The notes under the pieces: generated by a model
The model's input: only the letters and a program-made list of their open reading frames with translations
Databases searched by the model: none
Told to the model about the DNA's origin: nothing
In this document: positions 10,275 to 21,852 of the stretch, one piece after another
How the letters are laid out: every line of letters begins with the position of its first letter
How positions within the stretch are numbered: position 1 is the first letter of the stretch
Assembly: GCA_000004985.1 (NCBI GenBank)
Contig: GG738928.1
Source: Naegleria gruberi
Taxonomy: Eukaryota
Direction: 5' to 3' (one strand)
DNA length: 64,000 nt
Translations under genes and position numbers: made by a program

Positions 10275-11209
10275 TGTTGATTTATGAAATATTGAATAAA
10301 TACTTGTATTTGAAATTTCCAAATTGTAAACATTTACAAAGATGACAGCCATTTACAGTTGACTAAACAAGTTCAGTAGTGAGGACTTTTTTAGAGAGAA
10401 TCTGTCCATCACCCACAGGTATTCGAAATTATTTTTACAATTTAAAATTAAGTGTTGGTGATTTAACGGTTAGAATTTTTCAAACCTCACTACAATTTGT
10501 TATTCGAAAGTAGTCGAAGACCGAAATGGAGAGTAAGTTTTCTTTCTGGGGATTCTTTCTCAACGTTACCCTGAAATCTAATTTTGAAAATTGTTGAAGT
10601 TTCGTCGTCTATGAGTTGTATTGAAATAGCCATGCCGGTTGTAGATAAGTTTCGAATAGAAAAAAACAAAACAACTCTAAAACTAACACACAAGAAGATT
10701 CTTCTTAGGATTCTCTCTTACTGCGCATAAACATTACCTGTGAATTTTAAACTGAAATCACACACTACGTTATTGATTAACGAAACTAAACGAAACTCTA
10801 AAATGGTCACATCAGCTGCATTCAAATATACAAATTCATTTGCTAAGGCTTCTTTCAACAAGCTCTCCAAGTCCGCATTCAAGAATTCATCAGCATCTGC
10901 CTCAAGTCACAATTTTAAATCCCAACTTTCGAATTCAAATTTTACTAGCACTACCAGTTCACAACAACGAATCGAATCCAATTTTGATCTTTTCATTAGA
11001 GAAATGAATAGAAAATAAATATTTTTTGAAAATATCCTAAAATAGAAATTGATTTTTCAAAAATAGACGTCTATTGCTTGCTTTATTTGATAAATGAATC
11101 AGTAGGTGGCTCTTTCAATCATTTCTTATTGCAGTTCTATCATTAGAATGGAACATCAATATCATGGTAGTTTTGTTATGAATCGAATGAAATATTTAAT
11201 GGATGAAAG

Positions 11210-12163
11210 CTATCTCAAAATTGTGAGCATATTTCCAAATCCAACGTACATTAATCCTGACTTGTCATCTATACACAATCCAGAACATGATCCATCATGC
11301 TTTCCCAGAAATTCTCCAGTATTCTTAACTGCATAGACTCCTTGAAATCCAGAGAAATAGAGGTTACCTGAAACCTTGTCCATAAAAAGTCCATCTGTTG
11401 TCCCCAAACTAATTTCATGTTGTTTTCCAATCCAATCTCCATTCACGTACTCGTATCTGTTAAGGCTACCAGCCAAGAAATAAATTGCATTCTTATTCGT
11501 ACGATCCACTTCAATGCATCCACTAACGAAATTATCATTTTCCAGAGGAATTCCAGTATCTGCTACCATTCCAAATGCAGAGTCTATAAAATGAATATGG
11601 GTTTGGGAAAGAACTATAACTAAACGCCTTCCATCTAAATTCATCCAATTTACCGTATCACAAATAAATCCTCCATGATCTGGAATAGAATAATTCCACA
11701 ATGGTTTACACTCTTCCTTCTCATGAATAAACCTCTTCAAATCATACTTGCTCACCACTCCCATCCTATTCGTCAATAATGCATCATTTCCCAAACCATC
11801 ATAATCCTCTTCAATCGTAAAATACAAACAATCAGTCTTGATCCTCGTTCTGATCTGATGTGTCGAATAATCAATCACTAAAAAAGCCGAATCAGTCAAG
11901 GCTAAAATACACGAACAAGTACTCGATATTCTGACATCATATATTTCTTTATCGGGAGAACAATCAATCTCTCCCTCCCATTCAAACTTGTTGGAAAAGG
12001 CTAGCCTATTCTTTGATCGTAATTTTTGTTTCAACATTCCAAAATTACAAGTTAAGGAATTGTTGTCGGTGTCTTGATCATCAAAATGGTGCTGATGTAC
12101 TGTATTGAATTTGATACGGAAATCAAAGAGTGTGAGGGTTACTGCCGATTCATCTTGAGCCAT
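11210..12163 (-). CDS. Hypothetical protein (317 aa), possibly a beta-propeller-like fold
   Basis: Long ORF MAQDESAVTLTLFDFRIKF... with repeated DG/GxxY-type segments. Shares a 113-bp divergent promoter with the gene at 12277. Confidence 0.4.
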   Translation of the reverse strand: MAQDESAVTLTLFDFRIKFNTVHQHHFDDQDTDNNSLTCNFGMLKQKLRSKNRLAFSNKFEWEGEIDCSPDKEIYDVRISSTCSCILALTDSAFLVIDYSTHQIRTRIKTDCLYFTIEEDYDGLGNDALLTNRMGVVSKYDLKRFIHEKEECKPLWNYSIPDHGGFICDTVNWMNLDGRRLVIVLSQTHIHFIDSAFGMVADTGIPLENDNFVSGCIEVDRTNKNAIYFLAGSLNRYEYVNGDWIGKQHEISLGTTDGLFMDKVSGNLYFSGFQGVYAVKNTGEFLGKHDGSCSGLCIDDKSGLMYVGFGNMLTILR

Positions 12164-12276
12164 TTTTTTTAAATAATTTTTTAAAGTTTTTATTTAATCA
12201 TGAATTGTAAACTGGTATTTAAATATTGAACCCACTTTACAAAAACTGAAACTTTTTCAGAATTGAACAAGAAAAA

Positions 12277-14373
12277 ATGCAACAACTCGATGATATCGAA
12301 CCTGGTCCTGTCCACAACGTGTCCGACTTGATCCAATTCATCTCCAACTGTGATCAAATCATTCACCACCACCCGAAGCCACTTTATCACTCCTACCAAC
12401 ATTTCGATGGTGATGATGAAGAATTTAGGTGTGATTTTTTATTGATTGGTTCCCGTGCATTGAATGATCATTGGAAAAAGGCAAATAATTTATCATCATC
12501 ATCGGAAGAAGAAGAACCATCAAGATGGTCATGGACACAGAAGGTTATGAAGAAATGGTCCGATGAGAGATTTAATAGAAAATCCGCCGATTGGGATTTA
12601 ATTTGTCTGAACAGGGATGCACTTGTGAATTTGTTAAAATCGAAGGAATTTAAAGAAATTTCTCTAAATTATGCCCATCATGTCCATTTGAAAAAGAAGA
12701 ATATTTCAAATAGATATGAAAGCTCTGATTTTTATGATTGGGTTCTTGGTGGTGGACAGGCAAGGAGATGGATTGAATTTTCTATTCGATTGGAACAATT
12801 TGATGGTGAAATTATTGAAATTGAGTATTGTACAGATAGATATCACTTGTTGAAATATTTGGAAATGAGGGAAGTGTCTCGATTGGATATTCTTCCTTCA
12901 TCACTGATTGACTCTTTTTCATGTGAAATAGCTCCATTACAATTATTGGAAATTATCAAGAAATCACATTTACAATTCAATATTGATGACGATAATTGGA
13001 CGAAACACATTCTCGATATAGAGTTAATTCATCTCATTCTACCAACATCAGAGCAATATCATGAAAAATCACTTCGCAATTCAATTTATGATTTGGCAGG
13101 GCTGGTGCATTATGATCGTCTCACGAAACGAATTGTGAAATATTTGCACGATGAGGGAGATTCTGATTTTGCTTCCAATTTCAATATGTTCATGTTTTCC
13201 AGTACTAAGGATGATATCTATGATGTGGTTAGTCCACTCAATGAGGAAATGTTGTATAGTGCATTTGGAGTTTCGTCCATCTCAATGAAACCCTATCATA
13301 TACAGAATAATTTGAACTCTTTAAGGTTTATTTCACAACAAGTTGCGGCCAATTTACTTTCATCAGTTGTGCATGCAATAGATTCGAATGAATTGGAGAA
13401 ATTAGTTTTCAAATCAATGAAGAATGCTATAGAACAAAATATTGATACTTTTCTGTTTGGGATCATGAGGGATAATTTTATGAAATTGTCTGAAATGGTT
13501 TTTGACATGCTGAATCAACCACTAATTTTCAAGAAATTATTCGAAACAAAAGCTGAAATGAACCAATTCAGATTTAAGAATGCTCCAATTGACTTTGAAA
13601 ATGTGAAGGAAATTTCAAATAAGGAAGGTGCCACTCTCTCACATCATTATCTTCCAATTGAAATTGTCATGACAATTGCATCATATATACCAAAGGCAAT
13701 TGATTTAACAAATTTAATGAGATTAGACAAGAGTTGGAATAATGTATTTGAATCTAATGACGTTTGGAAGTATCTTTGCTATTGTAGATATCCAAAACCA
13801 GCTCACTACTCTCTAGAAAATGATTCTTTCCAAGTAGATGATTGGAAATATTATGTTCTTTCCAGATCCATGTTTGAAAGAGTTCAGTTTCCAACTATTA
13901 AGGGATTGGACTGTCTTTTGAATGCTTTCAGAGTAAAGTTTATTGACAAATCAACAATATTCAAGCAATTTGTCAATGATTTCTTTACTAACACTTACAT
14001 AGCCACCAAGACATTGAATGATGACAAGATGAATGAATATAACACCATGAAGGCCACCTTAATAACATACTGGCCTTGTCAGTCTCCTCTCAAATATGAT
14101 ATAGAAATAGTTTTGGATTTAGCTGAATACAGAAGTGGGGATAGTAAAGGTGGAAGTAGAAGTACAGTGAGTGGAAAGTTGCACAACTCTGAACACTTTT
14201 CAAATCCTTTAAGACTTGTCAAATTCAATAAGGCACAAAATTTCATTGGAAAGTACTATCTCCAAAACATGAACCCCGATCAATATGCATCTCTTTTTAC
14301 TACCTTATTGGTTCTTGGATTGGGAGATAATGAATTCATTAGAACAGTGTTCGGCTATGGGTGGTCCAAATAA
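12277..14373 (+). CDS. Hypothetical 698-aa protein with an internal F-box-like motif
   Basis: LPIEIVMTIASYIPKAIDLTNLMRLDKSWNNVFESNDVWKYLCY resembles an F-box. The rest is unassigned. Confidence 0.45.
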   Translation: MQQLDDIEPGPVHNVSDLIQFISNCDQIIHHHPKPLYHSYQHFDGDDEEFRCDFLLIGSRALNDHWKKANNLSSSSEEEEPSRWSWTQKVMKKWSDERFNRKSADWDLICLNRDALVNLLKSKEFKEISLNYAHHVHLKKKNISNRYESSDFYDWVLGGGQARRWIEFSIRLEQFDGEIIEIEYCTDRYHLLKYLEMREVSRLDILPSSLIDSFSCEIAPLQLLEIIKKSHLQFNIDDDNWTKHILDIELIHLILPTSEQYHEKSLRNSIYDLAGLVHYDRLTKRIVKYLHDEGDSDFASNFNMFMFSSTKDDIYDVVSPLNEEMLYSAFGVSSISMKPYHIQNNLNSLRFISQQVAANLLSSVVHAIDSNELEKLVFKSMKNAIEQNIDTFLFGIMRDNFMKLSEMVFDMLNQPLIFKKLFETKAEMNQFRFKNAPIDFENVKEISNKEGATLSHHYLPIEIVMTIASYIPKAIDLTNLMRLDKSWNNVFESNDVWKYLCYCRYPKPAHYSLENDSFQVDDWKYYVLSRSMFERVQFPTIKGLDCLLNAFRVKFIDKSTIFKQFVNDFFTNTYIATKTLNDDKMNEYNTMKATLITYWPCQSPLKYDIEIVLDLAEYRSGDSKGGSRSTVSGKLHNSEHFSNPLRLVKFNKAQNFIGKYYLQNMNPDQYASLFTTLLVLGLGDNEFIRTVFGYGWSK

Positions 14374-14387
14374 TTGGTGTTTAATCA

Positions 14388-14883
14388 TTGTTCGAATGCT
14401 TTCTGCTCTACTTTTGGAATTGGTTTGGTAGGATCTGTGGTGATGGTGGTCTGGCAACAGATGCCAAACTCTATCAACCAACTGGAATTGCTTTCAATTC
14501 AGATGGTGAGCTATTCATTTCTGATAACAATTCCACAAAATTCTGGTCTTTAACAATGTTCCTGTTCAACTCTATCAACCAACTGGAATTGCTTTCAATT
14601 CAACCAAATTATTCAATCCTTCAATTGTAAGGGAATTATCAATAGCAATGTTGGTGTTTGTTCTGGAAGAGGTCAATGCTCAGCACCTGACACTTGTAAA
14701 TGTTCTGGAAATGCCTATGGACCTAATTGTGAGCTTGTTCCTGCCACTTCAACATTCAATGCAGTTCCAACACCTTCTCATTCTGCCAGATTGAATCAAG
14801 GAATGTCAATTAGAGGAGATTCACTCTTGTGTTTGCTTACTTGTTATCTCGCATTAATTTGTGAATTGCAAATAAACTACTGA
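14388..14883 (+). pseudogene. Degenerate fragment or pseudogene encoding an NHL repeat plus one tenascin-type EGF module and a hydrophobic C-tail; paralogous to the N-terminus of the receptor at 41350..46187
   Basis: Frame A: GDGGLATDAKLYQPTGIAFNSDGELFISDNNSTKF (NHL-repeat-like). A 31-bp segment ctatcaaccaactggaattgctttcaattca occurs twice (14473 and 14568) and shifts the frame. A different frame then gives NCKGIINSNVGVCSGRGQCSAPDTCKCSGNAYGPNCELVPATSTFNAVPTPSHSARLNQGMSIRGDSLLCLLTCYLALICELQINY*. No clean splice joins the frames. Confidence 0.4.
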
Positions 14884-15189
14884 GCTAAATTTGAACGAAA
14901 GTTATTCAGTTAGAAATTCATCTTACTTGATGCTTGTCATCACTTCATTGCTACTTGTTCTGGCCTTTAACAACTATGTTACACCAGAACTTTTTTACAA
15001 GTTTTCATTGTAAACAATTTCAAATAATATTATTAGCAACGCTTCAAGTTCAGAAATGATTCAAAGAACTTCAACTCCTAAAAATAAGTTTAAAAAAACC
15101 AAAAATTTCAAAATCAAAAAAAATCATCACATCACGTGAAAATTAAATTCAAATAATAATAACAATTAATAACCAGTACAATAATACAA

Positions 15190-15913
15190 ATGGCCAAAGG
15201 AGGAAAAACAGCAGCTAGTGTAAAGAAGGGATCATCATCTGGAGGTTCTCTAGAATACAATCCGAAGAAAAATCTTGTAGAAATAATTCCTGGAGTTGTT
15301 GGGCCGGTTTTACTGCCCACTTTACCAACACCAGGAACACCATTGAATACAAACTATGCAGGACCAACAGATTATTCAAATTGGCTGATACCACATCATA
15401 TTTGTGTCGGAGGATATCCAAGATCAAAGGAAGTTGATAGTATTGTATCGAGTGGAGTGACAACTTTTGTTAATTTAGTGGAGGAAGATGAACAATTGAG
15501 ATGTGGACCATTCTATTTTGCAAATGCATTGAAAAAGACAACAAGATCTAAATTGAATTATGTTACATTTCCAATAAGAGATAAGAATATTGCTGAAGAT
15601 GACAAAGTGACGGAATTAGTGACATTGTTAGCTCAATTGGTGAATAGAGGTGAAGTTTTATACGTTCACTGTGTTGGGTAAGTACTATACTATATGTTTC
15701 GAATATATATTGAACTCAATATTTAACAGAGGACATGGAAGAACAGGAACAGTCGCAGCCATTCTCCTTGGTCAACTCTTCAATATTTCAGCCTATGACA
15801 GTTTAAAGTGGGTTCAACTTTTCCATGACGAACGAAAAGTAACAAATGGAAGAAAGAGTCCAGAGTCAACCGTTCAAAGAGATCAAGTTTTCAGACTTTT
15901 ATCAAAGAAATAA
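15190..15913 (+). CDS. Dual-specificity / PTP-superfamily phosphatase (CX5R); 2 exons, join(15190..15677, 15730..15913)
   Basis: Exon 1 ends ...EVLYVHCVG at donor GTAAGT (15678). Exon 2 follows acceptor AG at 15729. The spliced product reads VHCVGGHGRTGTVAAILLGQ, which carries the HCxxGxxRT P-loop. Confidence 0.7.
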
Positions 15914-15962
15914 AAAAACAAGGCTTTGAGAATTTAAGCGCCAAAAAAAACCTTAAAAAAAA

Positions 15963-18940
15963 ATGTCAAACAATCATCCACTCAACTTGTTCTCGGCTGA
16001 TTTGTATTCATCTGATGAGGATGAAGATTTGATTCAGAATGGTGGCGATCAGCATGGTAGTATGATGATGAGGATGGAAAATGGTGGTGCTTTGGATAGA
16101 TCCTTTGGGAGAGGAGGAGGACAACCTCAACAATCAACATCACATTTGAATCAATTGAATGATTCTTCTTTCGTTTCGGTAGCCTCTACTGGTGGAGCTT
16201 CTTCTTCTCTCAGTGTTGGTACTCCTGCAAGGAACACTGTTCGTAGTACTGATGCTAATAATGATGAAGATGAAGAAGCCTTAGAGAATGAGACTCCAGT
16301 GATACTCTCGTTGTGTTATCAGAGAGGAAGACTTGGCGTTGCTGCTTTTGATATGAATTCAGGTGAATTATTGTGTGGAGAAACCAATGAGAATACTCTC
16401 TTTGAAGCAACAGAATTCGGTATGTTTCTTATTGTTCAAATATTATTGAATTGGTCGAATTGATGATGAACAGTCAAATTTGAAGTAAAGCCTAATTTAA
16501 TTCTTGTTCCTTCCCGACTGGAACAATCCTTCATGAAACATGTTAAAAAGCCAATCGAAGGAGCAAAAGAGCAACAAATTGAAGTCAAGCTACTCAAGTC
16601 TTCTGATTTTAGTGCTGAGAATGCCACCAAGAAGATTCAATTATTAGAGAATGTATTACTCGGTAATCAAAATGATAGAATGATGACAGATGAGGAACCC
16701 TCCACTCCCATTCTTAACAATGGACCAGCATTTCTTAAACAAGCAAATAGATTAAGGCAAGTCAGTGAGAAGAATGATAACATGTTTGATTTTTCCTCAC
16801 TCTACGTTGAGGAGAATACACAGACAGTGAGAGCTTTGGGAGGATTATTGTGTCATATTCAAACCAATAGACTCTCTTTTGGTGAGCTTGATGATATTGA
16901 AGTCTTAAAGAACATCAAGAATATCAAAAATTTCAAGTTGTAAGTTGGTCAATTCACAGATATTACAAACTCATATGAAGTGAAGGATTTGTACAATTAG
17001 ATTTGAATACGTTGAAGGCTCTGTCAATATTTAGTTGTAAGTAGATTTTCAAATCAAAATTCTCATGCTCATGTTGTCACAGTGGAATCACATCCTTCAA
17101 GTTCTCTCGGTAAGCCAAAGGAAGGATTGTCATTATTTGGTATTATGAATAAGACAAAATCATCTGTTGGTAAAGATCTTCTTCGTCAATGGTTTTTGAA
17201 ACCAGTAATGGACTTGGATATTATCAAGAAGCGTCATGATGCCATAGATTATTTTAGCAGATTCTCAGATGATATTATTGACGAAATAAGGGAAAATCTC
17301 AAATTTGTTAAAAACACCAAACGTATCATCAACAGAATGAGAGAAGCAAAAGCAACAGTGAATGATTGGAGTAATCTCTACAAGACCTTGTACTGTTACA
17401 AGAATATTACTGAAATTCTGTCAGAAATGGATGATAATCCTTCCGTAGAAGTAGCCCAAGACTTGCTTAACCACGACAATGAGTCTATCATGAAAGTATT
17501 ACAAGCAATATCAAAAATTGTCGATCTCAAAGAGTCAAGAAGTCAAAACAGATTGGTCATAATGACAGGAGTCAACTCTGAACTTGATAATAGAAGACAA
17601 ACATATGAATCGTTAGATACATTCCTTGATCTGGTTGCTCAACAAGAATCCAACTCATTTCCTGAGGATTTCCCCTTCTCATTCAAGGCAGTGTACTACC
17701 CTCAACTTGGATTCCTTCTTGTGGTTGATAAGAATGAAACCTCTGAGAATTATTCAGAGTATGCTCAGTATGGGCTACGTTTTCATTTTTCCTCAGATCG
17801 TTCCTTGTACTTTAAAAACGACACAACTGATGAGCTGGACACAGAGGTTGGAGATATACACCACTTGATTATTGAACAAGAAACCTCCATTTCAGTTAAA
17901 TTGGAAAAATATGTGCTTCAATACCATGACCAAATTAACAAATCCAATGATCTTTGTGCCAAACTTGATTGTATCATTTCTATGGCTAATTGTGCCAGTG
18001 AGTTCAACCTATCAAGACCAGTAATGACCAACGAGAGTAAGCTCAATATTAGGGAAGGTAAGAATATTCTCCAAGAGTTAACAGTAGATACTTTCATTCC
18101 CAACGACACAAATATATCTGAATGTATTCAAATTATTACTGGTCCAAATAATTCTGGTAAATCTTGTTATTTGAAACAAGTAGGTTTAATTGTATTCATG
18201 GCTCATATTGGATCATTTGTGTCAGCATCTCCAGAATCAGTAATAGGAGTTGTAGATAGAATAATGACAAGAATTCAATCACAAGATAGTATCAGTGTTA
18301 GTCAATCCACTTTTGCCATTGATGTACTCCAAATGAAGGCCATGGTTGACTTTGCTTCTTCAAGATCTCTTCTCCTCATTGGTAAGTTTTTCAAACGCAC
18401 TTAATTCCAATAATATTATCAAAAGATGAATTTGGAAAAGGTACTTTGGCACTGGATGGAATAGCTCTCTTATCAGCAATCCTCAAACATTTCCAAGAAA
18501 GAGAACATGTACCGAGAGTGATTGTCACTACTCACTATGTTGAAGTGCTTCAACACAAAATCATTGATGTAAACTCAACATCTATTCAATTCATGACCAT
18601 GGATGTATTGATTGATTCAGTCAATGAATTGCCAAATGATATGGAAGATGAACACTTTGTGGTTCCAAGTGCTGAGGATTTAGTGTTTTTGTACAAATTG
18701 ACACGTGGTAAAATAATCCCAAGTTACGGCATAACTGTTGCCTCACTCGCTGGTCTTCCAAACCAAATTATTGAGAGAGCAAAATTTGTTGCCGAAAGGT
18801 TATCCAAATCAAAACCTATTGAAGCTGTAAAAGACAATGAGAAGGGAAAACTGTTCTATGAATTGTATGACCGTTTCAGAAAGTGTGACGGTTCTGAAGA
18901 GAGTATCAAGCAACTCTTCAACTTTGTCAAGTCAATTTGA
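15963..18940 (+). CDS. msh5: MutS homolog MSH5-like (meiotic MutS family, lacks a mismatch-binding domain I); 5 exons, join(15963..16419, 16474..16939, 16981..17036, 17083..18381, 18426..18940)
   Basis: Introns are 54, 41, 46 and 44 nt (GTATGT or GTAAGT ... AG). The 56-nt exon 3 encodes FEGFVQLDLNTLKALSIFS, the conserved MutS LDxxTxxNLEL motif. Exon 4 has SLFGIMNKTKSSVGKDLLRQWFLKPVMDLDIIKKRHDAIDYF (MutS domain III/IV) and the Walker A motif TGPNNSGKSCYLKQVGLIVFMAHIGSFVSA. Across the last intron: ST F...SLLLI|DEFGKGTLALDGIALLSAI...VIVTTHY (Walker B / ABC signature). Confidence 0.75.
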
Positions 18941-19141
18941 GCATAATATTTTTTCATTCTATTAAGCAGCTTTTTTGGTGACTGAAAAATATTGAATACA
19001 TCTTTCAATGATATAACTCTCCACTTTCTCTAGAGTCATATTTGCCAAATGTGCACCTTTCAATCTGTAATTGTTCATTTCTTTGAGATTGCTTAATAAG
19101 GGTTATAATTTTGGAAAAGTTCATCGACACAATAAAAAAAA

Positions 19142-19894
19142 ATGACTGGCAATCAAGGTCCACCATTCGACAGATCCCAAGATCCTCAGAATGGACTCAT
19201 CTACCCAACATTCTTTTGGTGCCACTATTGTCAAGAAAATCCAAGTGGAAGTGGCTGGCGTTATTCCTACGAAATGACCAACTTTGTTTGTATTCCCTTA
19301 ATATTTAATTATTAACAAGTTCATGATGATTCATTTACAACAATACTTATTACTGATGTGGTGAATGTACAGAGACCACGTATTACTTGCAAAGGGGATT
19401 TGATTGGCTTGGAACAAACCTACAATGTTGATTTATCATTTGCATCACACGGTACTGATGTTTCTGATATTTCAGAGTGTTGCAATGTCTGGTTTGGTTA
19501 TCCACATAATTCACTATTCGAACATGCAGTAGATGGTAACTTGACTGCCTTAAAGAAATGTTTAGAAAATACTAATAACAGTCATGATATCAATGAAAAA
19601 CTCCAATTCGGTGATGAATGGACTCCTTTACATGGTGCAGTCGTTTACAATCAATTGGAAATTGTTGAACATTTGTTAAAACATGGTGCTGATTATACAA
19701 TTACCGATAAAAGAGGAAGATCGTGTCTCACCTTGGCTAGGATTTTGAATTTTACACAATGTGTTACCATGTTGAAGAAATATGTTAGTTCTGATTATTT
19801 ACAAAATCAATATCAAAATGAATTAGCAGAAAATGAACGTCAACTTGCTCAAACAAGATCAGAACTTATTACAAGTTATGGAATGAATGCATAA
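19142..19894 (+). CDS. Ankyrin-repeat protein; probable 2 exons, join(19142..19285, 19373..19894)
   Basis: Exon 2 contains clear ankyrin repeats (GDEWTPLHGAVVYNQLEIVEHLLKHGADYTITDKRGRSCLTLA). Exon 1 (MTGNQGPPFDRSQDPQNGLIYPTFFWCHYCQENPSGSGWRYSYEMTNF) is joined through a weak GTTTGT donor and a phase-0 CAG acceptor. The exon 1 assignment is tentative. Confidence 0.5.
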
Positions 19895-19971
19895 ATTTAT
19901 TATTTGATAGTAATTCAATTATTAAATTCAATTATTCAAAATTCAATTTGCACTAATTCAAATTTAAAAAA

Positions 19972-20440
19972 ATGCAAGTAAAGGTTGAATTTAGGTAAGA
20001 GGATAATTTCATAGTACTGATATCATCAAATCTTCGGAATAGTGGTGGATGCGAATTACTTTTCGATAATCAAACTTCAATGAATTTGGAAGTTGAAGAA
20101 GGATTGACAATGCAACAATTAATTCTCTTGTTGAAAGAAAAGCACTTGAAAGAAAAACCAGAACTTTTCATCAATAACGAAAATACATCAGTGTAAGGAT
20201 CATCACAGTGATTAGATATATTATAATATTATTTTTTTAATTATTACATCAACAATATTCATAACGATCAACATCTTCATCATACCAATAATCATCATTA
20301 TCAAATAATTTAAATAATTTAGGAGACCTGGTATTTTAGTAATTATTAATGATACTGATTGGGAATTATTGGACGAATTAAGTTACAAGATTCAAGCCAA
20401 AGATAACATTGTTTTCATTTCAACTCTTCACGGAGGATAA
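19972..20440 (+). CDS. urm1: Ubiquitin-related modifier 1 (URM1); 3 exons, join(19972..19994, 20043..20192, 20323..20440). Not in the ORF track.
   Basis: The spliced product [96 protein letters not shown] can be aligned with human and yeast URM1 as recalled (VEVEFGGG...RPGVLVLINDADWELLGE...FISTLHGG), including the C-terminal GG. Donors GTAAGA and GTAAGG; introns 48 and 130 nt. Confidence 0.8.
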
Positions 20441-20441
20441 T

Positions 20442-21553
20442 TTATTGCATATACCAACCATGTGAAACAATCATTGATTGACCAGTTAAAGCATTAGTTG
20501 GATGTGAAGCAAAGAATAAAGTAGCTTGAGCAACATCATCAATTGTAGTAAATTCACCATCAACAGTGTCTTTTAACATGATATTCTTAACAACTTCTTG
20601 TTCACTAATGCCCAATTCCTTAGCTTGTTCTGGAATTTGCTTTTCAACAAGAGGAGTCAAAACGAAACCTGGACAAATAACGTTGGCACTAACACCCTTC
20701 TTAGCACCTTCCTTAGCAACAGCACGACACAAACCCAAAACACCATGTTTAGCAGAAACGTATGGAGCCTTCAATGGAGAAGCAAGCTTTGAGTGAACTG
20801 AACCAATATAGATAATCTTACCATACTTTTGTTCGTACATTTGCTTCAAAGCTTCACGAGTACACAAGAAAGCAGCATCCAAATGAACAGAAACAATCTT
20901 TCTCCAATTATCAAAACTCAATTTGTCAACTGGGTCAATATGTTGAACACCAGCATTACAAATTACAACGTCGATTGGCTTACCGAAATGCTTCTTAATA
21001 GCTTCATAGGTTTCAGTAACAACTTGTTCCTTGGTAACATCCATACCAACAGCCAAGTGTTGTGTAGCATTGTCAAGACCAGCAACAGTTGCTTGAGCAG
21101 CAGCCAAGTTCAAATCTCCAACAACGACTTTACCTCCTTCTTTAGCAAATAATTGAGCAATACCCTTTCCGATACCACTTCCAGCACCTATTATTATTAA
21201 TTGATGATGAATATTAATTATAATTATTAGTATGAGTATTATTATTAATAGTAATATTTTAATATAATCAACAAGTAGCAACGTGATTAATAGATGAGGA
21301 AAATAATAGATGAATATTATAATAGATGAAAAAACATATAATTGTACGACAGATACAAACGATCAAAGTTTTAAAACAATCCAATCCTTTAAAAAAACTT
21401 ACCAGTAACGAGACAAACCTTTCCTTCCAACTTTCCAGCCATTGGATTTTGGGAAGTAGAGAAGAGTCTTTGGGAGGCAGCCAAATTAAATTGTGGAGCA
21501 GTGGAGGATCTGAAGGCGAGTCTTTGAGATTGAGCAAGGGCGCGTTTGAACAT
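20442..21553 (-). CDS. Bacterial-type D-3-hydroxybutyrate dehydrogenase-like short-chain dehydrogenase/reductase with a mitochondrial presequence; 2 exons, join(21553..21403, 21188..20442)
   Basis: Exon 1: MFKRALAQSQRLAFRSSTAPQFNLAASQRLFSTSQNPMAGKLEGKVCLVTG, with donor GTAAGT. A 214-nt AT-rich intron. Exon 2: GAGSGIGKGIAQLFAKEGGKVVVGDLN...NAGVQH...YVSAKHGVLGL...PGFVLTPLV. This carries the TGxxxGxG and YxxxK SDR motifs. The tail TGQSMIVSHGWYMQ resembles that of 3-hydroxybutyrate dehydrogenase. The ORF-track N-terminus (MLLVDYIKILLLIII...) is a read-through of the intron. Confidence 0.75.
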
Positions 21554-21852
21554 TTTTTCTGTTTTGAAAAAAAAGCGAAAATAAAACGCGAAAGTGTCAA
21601 AAAGGTGAATTGAGGTTGGTGGTTGAATTATTCATGTGTGTTTAAGCTGTTAGCTTGCAGTGAATTGGAATTCTAATTTGGAAATGTGGATTTTCTTGTG
21701 AGGTGGAGCTCGGTTATTATTCAAATGTTATTAAAGAATAGTAGTATGGAAGTTGTGTGACAGTGTTCACGTAATATTTTTACAATCATGTTCAATACTG
21801 TTACAGTAATGGAGTAATAATAATTGAAAATATTTTTTATAGTTTAGTAAGG

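Noticed and set aside
10740-11018. 92-aa S-rich ORF (MVTSAAFKYTNSFAKASFNKLSKSAFKNSSASASSH...)
   Set aside because: Low complexity, no motif, and the start is uncertain. It could be a real small protein but cannot be supported from sequence alone.
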